Assembly: GCA_018830005.1 (NCBI GenBank)
Contig: JAHJTE010000002.1
Coordinates: 139,809-203,808 of the forward strand
DNA: 64,000 bases
Source: Candidatus Omnitrophota bacterium
GTDB taxonomy: Bacteria > Omnitrophota > Gorgyraeia > JAHJTE01
Reading direction: 5' to 3'
Shown here: positions 42,326-50,125 of the stretch, piece by piece
How the letters are laid out: each line of letters opens with the position of its first letter
How positions within the stretch are numbered: position 1 is the stretch's first letter
Made by a program: the position numbers and the translations under genes
The notes under the pieces: generated by a model
Database searches by the model: none
Told to the model about the DNA's origin: nothing
What the model saw: the letters and a program-made list of their open reading frames with translations, nothing else

Positions 42326-43306
42326 TCAGCCAATTTTAAGGGGAGGCAAACCAAAAAGAACACCTTTATCAGGGGGAGGCATATTCAATTGAGCTATCTG
42401 CTCACTCATTCTTTTTATAGCTTTCTTGATTACATCTTGGAGGGGAGAAATACCTGTAGAAATCAATTTACCTTTTCTTCCTTCTTGCTTACCAGTTAGA
42501 TAATGCTGTTTTGCCTCTGTAAAATCTGCTTTATATTTGTCAGAAAGAAAACCATTTACTATCTCTTCATGTAATTGATGATCATCCAAAACCTTTCCTT
42601 GTAAATCCTCTTTTTTAATCGTGTCTTTGATTCTTCTGGTAATCAGAATATCAATATCCCGCATATGAAATCTCTTTTCTATTTCAGCAATCTTTTTTAT
42701 TGAAAATCCTTTTTTCTCCACATCATACCATCTCAAATCTCGTTCAAAATTGCCCTTACCTTCTATTTTGGATAAATAATACTTCTGCAATCTTTCGACA
42801 TCCTTCCATTTTTTTCTAATATCTTCTAAAGTAGCCCATTTTGTAATTGTAATTGAAATGCTATCCCTGCCTTTTCTAGGGTCTTGATCGAGATGTATTT
42901 CTACTGGTTCTCTTATAAACTTCCACAAATTGCTAAGATTGCATTCCCATCCTTCTCCTATACACCATCTATCACAAAATTCAAACCAAGAATCCCTAAA
43001 GCGCTCAAAGACTGACTGTAATTCATATAAATCATTACTGTTCCTTAAAGGCTTAAGGGCTTTTTTTCTAAGGTCATTACACTTATTGCAATAATCTTTC
43101 GCTTCTTTAACTAATTCTGGATATTTATTAACTTTGAAAAAACGAAGCACCTGCCTAGAAGGATCATGTCTGTTCCCAATTTTATCTAGTTTTTTGGCTA
43201 GCGGAAAATACTTCCTGCCTATTCTTTTCATAATTGCATTAAGTTCTTTATTAAACATCTCATTTCTTATAAGCAATTGAATTCTTTGAGTTTTCTTTTT
43301 CTCCAC
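42326..43306 (-). CDS. Hypothetical protein (element-encoded)
   Basis: 326-aa ORF with GAGGAAG RBS; no family recognised. Confidence 0.6.
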   Translation of the reverse strand: MEKKKTQRIQLLIRNEMFNKELNAIMKRIGRKYFPLAKKLDKIGNRHDPSRQVLRFFKVNKYPELVKEAKDYCNKCNDLRKKALKPLRNSNDLYELQSVFERFRDSWFEFCDRWCIGEGWECNLSNLWKFIREPVEIHLDQDPRKGRDSISITITKWATLEDIRKKWKDVERLQKYYLSKIEGKGNFERDLRWYDVEKKGFSIKKIAEIEKRFHMRDIDILITRRIKDTIKKEDLQGKVLDDHQLHEEIVNGFLSDKYKADFTEAKQHYLTGKQEGRKGKLISTGISPLQDVIKKAIKRMSEQIAQLNMPPPDKGVLFGLPPLKIG

Positions 43307-43329
43307 TTCTTCCTCACATCTTTAAAATT

Positions 43330-43911
43330 TCAAGTATCGCTGTCAGATGATTCCTTAGTATGTTGTGGTATTTTATTCAGATTAGCTAATTCTCTTAATG
43401 CTTTTAACATATCTTTTGCAGTTCGTCTAACCGCAGCTACCGCAGCCTGATGTTCACTCCATCCCATCAATAGCCCGCTTGGCTTATGACTTACGGAAAC
43501 TATCTGTCCAGTTTTTGTATCAATCATTTTTACTGTAGCAAAAGCATTCAGAGTTAACCCGTTATTATATGAAGTTATGTTACCTAACAGTACCACTTCA
43601 GCATTAACCGATTCTCCAATTTTTTGTGCTTCAAGAATAGTAATAGCGTTATTGACATCGTTTTTTACGCCTATTTTAGTAATTGCAAACTGAATTGTTG
43701 AAGGCTCAACAAGTACGAAATCATCTTGCTCTAAAAGGTGGAGATTTAGTGTGTCTGTGGCTACTTGAGTAAATCGCATGTCTCCTGAAAAAGGTAAAAC
43801 CGCAATTTTTGACCAATTATTCGGAATAAACTTACTATTTCTTCTAAAATAAGAAGGATTAGCGCATCCAACCAAACCCAAACATAACAAGACAACAAGA
43901 ATCTTCTTCAT
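43330..43911 (-). CDS. Lipoprotein, CsgG/TolB-N-like fold
   Basis: Lipobox LVGC; KIAVLPF...KIGESVNAEVVLLGNI...VKMIDTKTGQIV. Confidence 0.7.
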   Translation of the reverse strand: MKKILVVLLCLGLVGCANPSYFRRNSKFIPNNWSKIAVLPFSGDMRFTQVATDTLNLHLLEQDDFVLVEPSTIQFAITKIGVKNDVNNAITILEAQKIGESVNAEVVLLGNITSYNNGLTLNAFATVKMIDTKTGQIVSVSHKPSGLLMGWSEHQAAVAAVRRTAKDMLKALRELANLNKIPQHTKESSDSDT

Positions 43912-43948
43912 CTCTCACCTCATCCTTATTTCATATTTTCTGATATTC

Positions 43949-44299
43949 TCATCTGCGTATCTCTATCACAGTATCCGCTTCTTTTTTTAATCTTGGCCGC
44001 TTCAGCTCTAGGTCATCTGCATCAAGACACATAAAATGAACTTCTGCTTTTGGAAAATTAGTTAGTATATACGGTGGCTTGGCCTCGCTGATATGAATTA
44101 CCTGAAAGTGCTTTCCTTGATTTTCACAAAATTCGTTAGCCTCTTGTAATGCTTTAGCCTTGAGTTTCCCCGAACCAGAAAAACCCGTAGCCGCTTGACG
44201 AGAGACCATAAAAGTGTCTTGCCCCATTGGAACCACGCCTGAATTTATCGCACACCCAACCAATCCTAAACACAATAAGACAATTAAAATCTTTTTCAT
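43949..44299 (-). CDS. Small lipoprotein of unknown function
   Basis: Lipobox LVGC; SGVVPMGQDTFMV...ANEFC...HFMC. Confidence 0.7.
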   Translation of the reverse strand: MKKILIVLLCLGLVGCAINSGVVPMGQDTFMVSRQAATGFSGSGKLKAKALQEANEFCENQGKHFQVIHISEAKPPYILTNFPKAEVHFMCLDADDLELKRPRLKKEADTVIEIRR

Positions 44300-44334
44300 A
44301 TCTTACCCCCAAGCAACTATTAATTGTTTTTTAT

Positions 44335-44751
44335 TCATTTTCTATTAGCATTTGGCTTAACAAAAAACTTTGAACGATGCATAGCCCAAATAACAAGCGG
44401 GAACGCAGCTAAAAGAGAAGTTGTCCTTTCTGCAAGGTAAGGTTTAGATATTAAAACTGCAATTAAACTCGCAGGAATCATTAAAAAGGCGTGTATAATC
44501 CAAATTCCAATTATCCAAAATATGCGTTTGGGAATACTCCAACCTCGGTCAGTGCAAGCAGCCAAAATAGCAAAAATCAACATTATCAATATGGTAAATC
44601 CAGACTCGTGACTGTAAGAACCTCCACTTCGTGCAATTATCCCAGCGCCAACAGTGCTTATCAACCAAAAGACAATTAAACCTAACCACCAGCGTTTTGG
44701 TTTCCATTTCCAATTTGTTTTATTACTTTTTTCCATCGCCCCGCCAACCAT
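44335..44751 (-). CDS. Hypothetical membrane protein (~4 TM)
   Basis: Four hydrophobic segments. Confidence 0.6.
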   Translation of the reverse strand: MVGGAMEKSNKTNWKWKPKRWWLGLIVFWLISTVGAGIIARSGGSYSHESGFTILIMLIFAILAACTDRGWSIPKRIFWIIGIWIIHAFLMIPASLIAVLISKPYLAERTTSLLAAFPLVIWAMHRSKFFVKPNANRK

Positions 44752-44814
44752 TAATTGCTTTCTATGTAACGCTTCTCCTTAAAATCAACTTCGCTTTTGG
44801 TATATACTACAAAG

Positions 44815-45090
44815 TTACCCCTTAAGTTCCCTAATACATCTCTTTAGATTTGCAGTCATCAATTTAATGATGGGGAAATACAATGGGATAAGTAAAGGCA
44901 AAGCAATAATACAAGCTCCATTCAATACAATGTCTGAATAAGGATTAGGCATCAAGGGATATATAACAAAATATAAGATTGTTACCAAAAGCCACGCAAT
45001 TAATAATGGCACTCCTAACAATAATATATTGATAATAATTTTTAATCCGATAAGGTAAGTTTTAAAAAATTGCCTTTGTTTTTCATCCAT
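44815..45090 (-). CDS. Hypothetical membrane protein (2 TM)
   Basis: Hydrophobic segments; GAGG RBS. Confidence 0.55.
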   Translation of the reverse strand: MDEKQRQFFKTYLIGLKIIINILLLGVPLLIAWLLVTILYFVIYPLMPNPYSDIVLNGACIIALPLLIPLYFPIIKLMTANLKRCIRELKG

Positions 45091-45296
45091 AATAACCTCG
45101 CATCCTCTAAAATAAGAAAAAACTAACAGCTTAACATTGGCCTAAGATTAGTATACTTTGCCCCATAACCACTCCTTTGTGGTGGGTATGCTATTACACA
45201 CTGGAAGGTTATTTTAGCTCTGTTCAATTATTGTGTCAAACAAAAACCCCAGCTCATCACTGGGTGTTCTTTAGTTAAAATAATGGGGGGTCTTTT

Positions 45297-45854
45297 TTAG
45301 CTAGGCTTGAGTCTGTCTGGAAAAGTTTGGTAATTATTCGGATCTAATACAGCTATACTCAATCTCTCGGCAACTTTAGCCATTGCCAAATCGCATGTTA
45401 CAAGAAAAAAATCTTTATGTCTCTTCTTAAAATTTGCTGCCATTCCTACTATCAAAACATCTATACAACTAAGGAAGTCTCTTTCTTCATTATATTCTAA
45501 ATATATATCTCTTGCATGATCAAATATTTCATACGTTTTTATAATATCCTTACGTGTTATAGAACATATATTATATTTTCGTTTTTCAAGATCATATGTA
45601 AAATTGGTTTTCATCGTTAAAAATTTATCATCATTTATACGTTTACTTTTATCTGTATATCTCTTAGTGTAAAATACCAAAAACGTTTCAGTAATACAGA
45701 TGTCTGGCAAAAATAAAGAGAGCCTATTAGCTCTCTTTTTATCTTTTTTGTGGCTCTCTATCCAAAATGTAACTGCTTTTGTTCCAGTCGGCTCCTTATT
45801 GTAATACTTTACAAAGGCACTCGTATCAAAGAATAATTCATCATTTCTTTTCAT
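45297..45854 (-). CDS. PIN-domain toxin (VapC-like)
   Basis: FFDTSAFVKYY, conserved E, D.LI, LVTCD acidic quartet. Confidence 0.8.
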   Translation of the reverse strand: MKRNDELFFDTSAFVKYYNKEPTGTKAVTFWIESHKKDKKRANRLSLFLPDICITETFLVFYTKRYTDKSKRINDDKFLTMKTNFTYDLEKRKYNICSITRKDIIKTYEIFDHARDIYLEYNEERDFLSCIDVLIVGMAANFKKRHKDFFLVTCDLAMAKVAERLSIAVLDPNNYQTFPDRLKPS

Positions 45855-46044
45855 CCCCGTTCCTTCGTAACTTAATTACAGTGCCTGATAAATTAAGATT
45901 GCCTGTTTTCTTCAGCAATTCATCGTGCGCACAAACATATTTCTTTAAGTCCTTGGGAACGCAAAAACCTTTCTCGTCAACAAAGATGCTTTTAATAGTC
46001 TGAAATAATTTAACCATAATTTTCTTCTCCCTCATTATACCCAC
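45841..46044 (-). CDS. Putative VapB-like antitoxin (likely start 46017)
   Basis: Small ORF overlapping the PIN start, ends S..VIKLRR; TTGACA-N18-TAAAAT upstream. Confidence 0.55.
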   Translation of the reverse strand: MGIMREKKIMVKLFQTIKSIFVDEKGFCVPKDLKKYVCAHDELLKKTGNLNLSGTVIKLRRNGDEKK

Positions 46045-46239
46045 TTATAGAGTATAGCATATTTTACCTCTATATACCAATCACTGTCAAGCTTTTCAAA
46101 TTTTGCTATTCGCACCAAAGATACCCCCTATTTATTATATCTATATCAAAAGCGATAAGGTGTACTCCTCAATTTGATTTTACCCATAAGACTCAATATA
46201 TACATACCCAAGGGGGTGCCTTTGGGACGCCTAGGGGGT

Positions 46240-46260
46240 TGGTGTCCAAATAGTGTCCAT
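46240..46260. repeat. Putative integrase arm-type site near the right end
   Basis: TGGTGTCCAAATAGTGTCCAT; tandem GTGTCCA units. Confidence 0.65.
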
Positions 46261-46380
46261 CTGATGGGGAAAAATGGGGTAATTCGGGGAAGAGCAGAGA
46301 CTAAAATATTTTATGTAAGTGGTTGGGAGTTAATATATTTAATTGAATTTCAAGAGGTTAGGAAAAATACTTCTATCGCT

Positions 46381-46419
46381 TTACAAGTGAGGTGCTCTAC
46401 CAACTGAGCTACGCCAGCA
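46381..46419 (-). repeat. att core, copy 2: 5'-half tRNA-Thr fragment
   Basis: Identical to 38137-38175; the tRNA match ends at the anticodon loop. Confidence 0.95.
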
Positions 46420-46425
46420 TTTAAA

Positions 46426-47295
46426 TTATTGACTACTTTTTTTTATTGCCTCAGGGATTCTTTCAATTAAATCCGAGGCGATTAAACTCAACTCGCCACT
46501 TTCCCTTGCTGCTAAATCGCCTGCTAGGCCATGGATATATGTCGCATACTTAGCCGCAGAATAAACATCCAAACCTTGGGCTAGGAAAGAAGCAACAATG
46601 CCTGTAAGTACGTCTCCACATCCAGCTGTTGCCATACCTGGATTTCCTGTAGTATTAATATAAACCTTGCCGGAGAAATCAGCAACAATACTTCGATAAC
46701 CTTTCAAGATAAGCGTCAGACCAAATTCTTTTGAGAATTTAGAAGCAACTTCTTTTCTGTGGCCCTGGACATAAGAGGTGGACTTGGCAATAAGTCTGGC
46801 CATCTCTCCTGGATGGGGTGTTAAGACTAAATTCCTATTGAGTCTTTTTTTTGCCCTTAGTTTTAATACCTTTAAATTTGCAGCCAAGGCATTTATTGCA
46901 TCAGCATCAATAACCATCTTCAGTTTACAATGAGCAATAATACTGCGAACTAATTTTTGTGTCGATAGATTTAATGATAATCCGGGACCTATTGCCAGAA
47001 CGTCTACCTTCTTTAGAAAATTATTTATTTTTGGTAAGGCCTTAATACTGGCTGACTGAGAGCTTGTCTGGGCCAAAGGCAGGGTCATTACTTCAACTAA
47101 TTGCTTCTGGAATATATTATTAAGGCTTTTTGGTATGCCTAGCGTAACTAATCCAGCTCCTGTTCTCAGACTTGAGCGCGCTGTGAGTATTGCAGCTCCC
47201 GTCAATCCGGCTGAACCACATAAGGCAAATATGTGTCCGTAATTTCCCTTATGTGAATTGGGCTTTCTTTTCGATAACTGCGCTGGCAACTGCAT
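46426..47295 (-). CDS. nnrD: ADP-dependent NAD(P)H-hydrate dehydratase, stand-alone
   Basis: SHKGNYG, GPGL, DADA, LTPHPGE, LKG, MATAGCGDVLTG; ATG at 47295 chosen. Confidence 0.9.
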   Translation of the reverse strand: MQLPAQLSKRKPNSHKGNYGHIFALCGSAGLTGAAILTARSSLRTGAGLVTLGIPKSLNNIFQKQLVEVMTLPLAQTSSQSASIKALPKINNFLKKVDVLAIGPGLSLNLSTQKLVRSIIAHCKLKMVIDADAINALAANLKVLKLRAKKRLNRNLVLTPHPGEMARLIAKSTSYVQGHRKEVASKFSKEFGLTLILKGYRSIVADFSGKVYINTTGNPGMATAGCGDVLTGIVASFLAQGLDVYSAAKYATYIHGLAGDLAARESGELSLIASDLIERIPEAIKKSSQ

Positions 47296-47605
47296 AATTT
47301 TCCGTATGGGAAATAGAGATTGCAATATTAAATCCGTCTCTACTAAGCCGGCAAAATGGCCTGCCTACATCATCATTTAGTATCTCTATATCCTTAAAAT
47401 TGAATTGACCGCGGCTAAAGCCCTTAAGCACTGCCTCTTTTGCGGCAAATCTGCCTGCAAGATGCATTGAAGATAATTTTTTACTTTTGGCGTATCCGAT
47501 TTCTCGCACCGTAAAAATTCGTTTCAAGAAATTATCGCCACCGCGCTCAATTGCCTTTTCAATACGCTCTACTTCAATTATATCTATACCTGTACCAATA
47601 ATCAT
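47249..47605 (-). CDS. acpS: Holo-[acyl-carrier-protein] synthase
   Basis: GIDIIE, RFAAKEA, SISH. Confidence 0.93.
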   Translation of the reverse strand: MIIGTGIDIIEVERIEKAIERGGDNFLKRIFTVREIGYAKSKKLSSMHLAGRFAAKEAVLKGFSRGQFNFKDIEILNDDVGRPFCRLSRDGFNIAISISHTENYAVASAVIEKKAQFT

Positions 47606-48321
47606 TACGCTCTATCCATTAATTTACGCATTTGCCTAACAGCGGTTCCCAGCCCGAAGAAAACTGCTCTACAAATAATAGAATAACCGATATTAAGCTC
47701 TTCTATTCCCTTTATTGCTACAACATCTGCTGTATTGGAATAATCAAGGCCATGACCTGCTGCCACGCAAAGACCAAGTTGCCTGGCAAAATTGGTCTTG
47801 AGTTTTAAGTCTTTAAGTAGTTGGCGGCGCAATTTATGATTCTTAGCCTCGGCGTATTTTCCAGTATGTAACTCTATTGTATCTGCGCCTACTCTTTTTG
47901 CCGCCTTGATTTGTTTTTTTACAGGATCAATGAACAAGCTGACATTAATACCGCAAGATTTAAGACGTTTAACAACATTTTTAATTTTAGATTCATTGGA
48001 TGCAACGTCTAGGCCGCCTTCGGTAGTTAATTCTTGACGTCTCTCAGGAACTAATGTTGAAACATCCGGCCTAAGGCGCGTGGCAATATCAACTATATCC
48101 TTATTGATTGACATCTCCAAATTTAGATGCGAACGAATAACCTTCCTTAATCTAAATACATCCTTGTCCTGGATATGTCTTCTGTCCTCGCGCAGATGAA
48201 CCACAATGCCGTCAGCGCCATTTAAGAGGCATATCTTTGCCGCCTCTATAGGAGAAATAAGCGTGCTTTTACGAGCCTGTCGCAATGTTGCAACATGATC
48301 AACATTTACACCTAACCTCAT
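47605..48321 (-). CDS. pdxJ: Pyridoxine 5'-phosphate synthase
   Basis: LGVNVDHVATLRQAR, HLREDRRHI, TTEGGL, AGHGL. Confidence 0.96.
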   Translation of the reverse strand: MRLGVNVDHVATLRQARKSTLISPIEAAKICLLNGADGIVVHLREDRRHIQDKDVFRLRKVIRSHLNLEMSINKDIVDIATRLRPDVSTLVPERRQELTTEGGLDVASNESKIKNVVKRLKSCGINVSLFIDPVKKQIKAAKRVGADTIELHTGKYAEAKNHKLRRQLLKDLKLKTNFARQLGLCVAAGHGLDYSNTADVVAIKGIEELNIGYSIICRAVFFGLGTAVRQMRKLMDRA

Positions 48322-48352
48322 AATAATTATTCTTTACCAATTGGAAGCTCTC

Positions 48353-48463
48353 TCAAAAATAGACTCCCCGAGAAACTTCACTGCTTACGTAAAACCAGGT
48401 AATAATAGCAAGGACGAGAGAAACTGCCTTAAGCCACAAATTATTGTTTATCCAGCTTTTCAT
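48353..48463 (-). CDS. 36-aa single-TM peptide resembling the CdaR/YbbR N-terminal anchor
   Basis: Hand translation MKSWINNNLWLKAVSLVLAIITWFYVSSEVSRGVYF; ATGA overlap with the cdaA stop. Confidence 0.7.
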   Translation of the reverse strand: MKSWINNNLWLKAVSLVLAIITWFYVSSEVSRGVYF

Positions 48464-49224
48464 ATTTTATTTCTCTTTATTAATAAATTCTTTAGTGTCT
48501 TATCTAATTTCTCAACATCAAGATTCTGCTCCAATCTGCCGTTAAGCGCTGAAGATACAACTCCTTTATTTTCAGAGACAACAATTACGACAGCATCGGT
48601 CTCTTCGGTTAAACCAATGGCAGCACGATGTCTTGTGCCTAGTGTAGGAGAAAGTCCTGGCTGTTGCGTTAAGGGAAAAAGACAAGAAGCAGCAATAATC
48701 CTGTTACCACTGATAACCACACCGCCATCGTGAAGTGGGGCGCCAGGAACAAAAATACTATTAAGTAATTCAGCGCTAATCATACTATCTAGGCGAATCC
48801 CGCTTTCTACAAATGTTTTTAATTTATGGTGTCTCTCTAAAGCAATGATTGCTCCAACATTCTCATAAGAAAACCTACGAATAGCCTTAATCAGCTCTTT
48901 AATCATCTCCTCTACCTCTTCTTCTTTTGGCGGCAAATGAAAGAGATGATGTTGTCCTAAGTGAGCAAGGCCTTGACGTAATTCTGGCTGAAACAAAATG
49001 ATCGTACCTATCAACCAAAATGCAAATAACTTAGTAAGCAACCATTCGATAGTAAGCAATCCAAGTCTTTGAGAAACAAAAAAGGCAATAATAAGAATAA
49101 TTATTCCTCTCAAGACATGGACAGCTCGCGTACCCTCAAAGAAAATAAGCATCCTGTAGAATATGAACCAAAGAATGCTGATTTCCAATATCGGGCGCCA
49201 CAATAAATTAACGTATTCTAACAT
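48460..49224 (-). CDS. cdaA: Diadenylate cyclase CdaA
   Basis: Three N-terminal TM, FQPELR, PLHDGG, LGTRHRAA. Confidence 0.93.
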   Translation of the reverse strand: MLEYVNLLWRPILEISILWFIFYRMLIFFEGTRAVHVLRGIIILIIAFFVSQRLGLLTIEWLLTKLFAFWLIGTIILFQPELRQGLAHLGQHHLFHLPPKEEEVEEMIKELIKAIRRFSYENVGAIIALERHHKLKTFVESGIRLDSMISAELLNSIFVPGAPLHDGGVVISGNRIIAASCLFPLTQQPGLSPTLGTRHRAAIGLTEETDAVVIVVSENKGVVSSALNGRLEQNLDVEKLDKTLKNLLIKRNKI

Positions 49225-49231
49225 AATCTGA

Positions 49232-50125
49232 CTAATTTAAAATTTTTGAATTCAAGATAGAATCACTCAAGCGCGCAACCTGCGCCATTTCTCTCACATC
49301 GTGCACCCGCACTATGTGTGCACCAGCACTTATTGCTAAGGCAACTGAAGCAGCTGTGCCAAAAATACGCTCTGTCTCGGCAACGTCTAGCACCTTGCCG
49401 ATAAATGATTTACGGGACGTGCCAATAAGAATAGGTCTTTTTAAAACTCTAAATTCTCCTAAGCAATTTAAGATCTCTAAATTCTGCTGGGTTGTCTTTG
49501 CAAAACCAATTCCCGGATCAATAATAAGACGCTTAAATCCTAGGCCTGCCTCTTGAGCACACTCAATAGCTTTCTTTAAATATCTTATAATATCGGGAAT
49601 TAATGACCTATATTTTGTAAATCTCTGCATGTCATTAGGAGTTCCTCTTATATGCATCAGGACTAAACTTGCAGCTTTCTTTGCACAAATCTTGGCTATT
49701 CTTTTATTGTAATCCGGATTTGCCCCCATGATATTATTTATAATTACAGCTCCAGAGTCAAGTGCAGCTTCTGCAACCTCACTTTTGTATGTATCTACGG
49801 ATACTGGAATTTTCAAAGATGCGCTGATCCTTTTTACCACCGGAACAATTCTTGCCAACTCTTCCTTAACTGATACTGGCCTTGCTCCTGGACGCGTTGA
49901 TTCTGCGCCAATATCAATTATATCTGCGCCATCATTAACCATTTTCCTGGCAAGCCGCAAGGCTCTATCAATTACCAAAGAACGTTTAAGTCCAGATTTA
50001 AACAAACCATCCTGGCTAAAGGAATCCCTAGTTAGATTGATAATGCCCATCACCAGGGTGCGCGAGCCAAGCGCTAGCTTAAATTTCCCAGCCGGCAGAG
50101 AAAAATGTCTTCTTGCAACTGACAT
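49232..50125 (-). CDS. folP: Dihydropteroate synthase
   Basis: N.T.DSFS, ESTRPG, DPGIGF, SRKSF, RVHDV. Confidence 0.94.
   Translation of the reverse strand: MSVARRHFSLPAGKFKLALGSRTLVMGIINLTRDSFSQDGLFKSGLKRSLVIDRALRLARKMVNDGADIIDIGAESTRPGARPVSVKEELARIVPVVKRISASLKIPVSVDTYKSEVAEAALDSGAVIINNIMGANPDYNKRIAKICAKKAASLVLMHIRGTPNDMQRFTKYRSLIPDIIRYLKKAIECAQEAGLGFKRLIIDPGIGFAKTTQQNLEILNCLGEFRVLKRPILIGTSRKSFIGKVLDVAETERIFGTAASVALAISAGAHIVRVHDVREMAQVARLSDSILNSKILN

Larger units (their letters stand above)
38137..46419. mobile_element. Integrative element / satellite-like island (~8.3 kb) in tRNA-Thr(TGT)
   Basis: 39-bp perfect direct repeats at both ends, tyrosine integrase at one end, xis, Rep-like gene, TA pair; no capsid, terminase or conjugation genes recognised. 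Confidence 0.92.

Noticed and set aside
43330-45090. Integron cassette array
   Set aside because: Intergenic gaps are short with no recurring attC-like inverted repeats, and the integrase is phage-type with tRNA att sites.
46174-46407. 77-aa plus-strand ORF at the island end
   Set aside because: It spans the arm site and att core and has no motif; likely non-coding.
46381-46419. Second tRNA-Thr gene
   Set aside because: Only the 5' half is present; the 3' anticodon stem, T arm and acceptor strand are missing.
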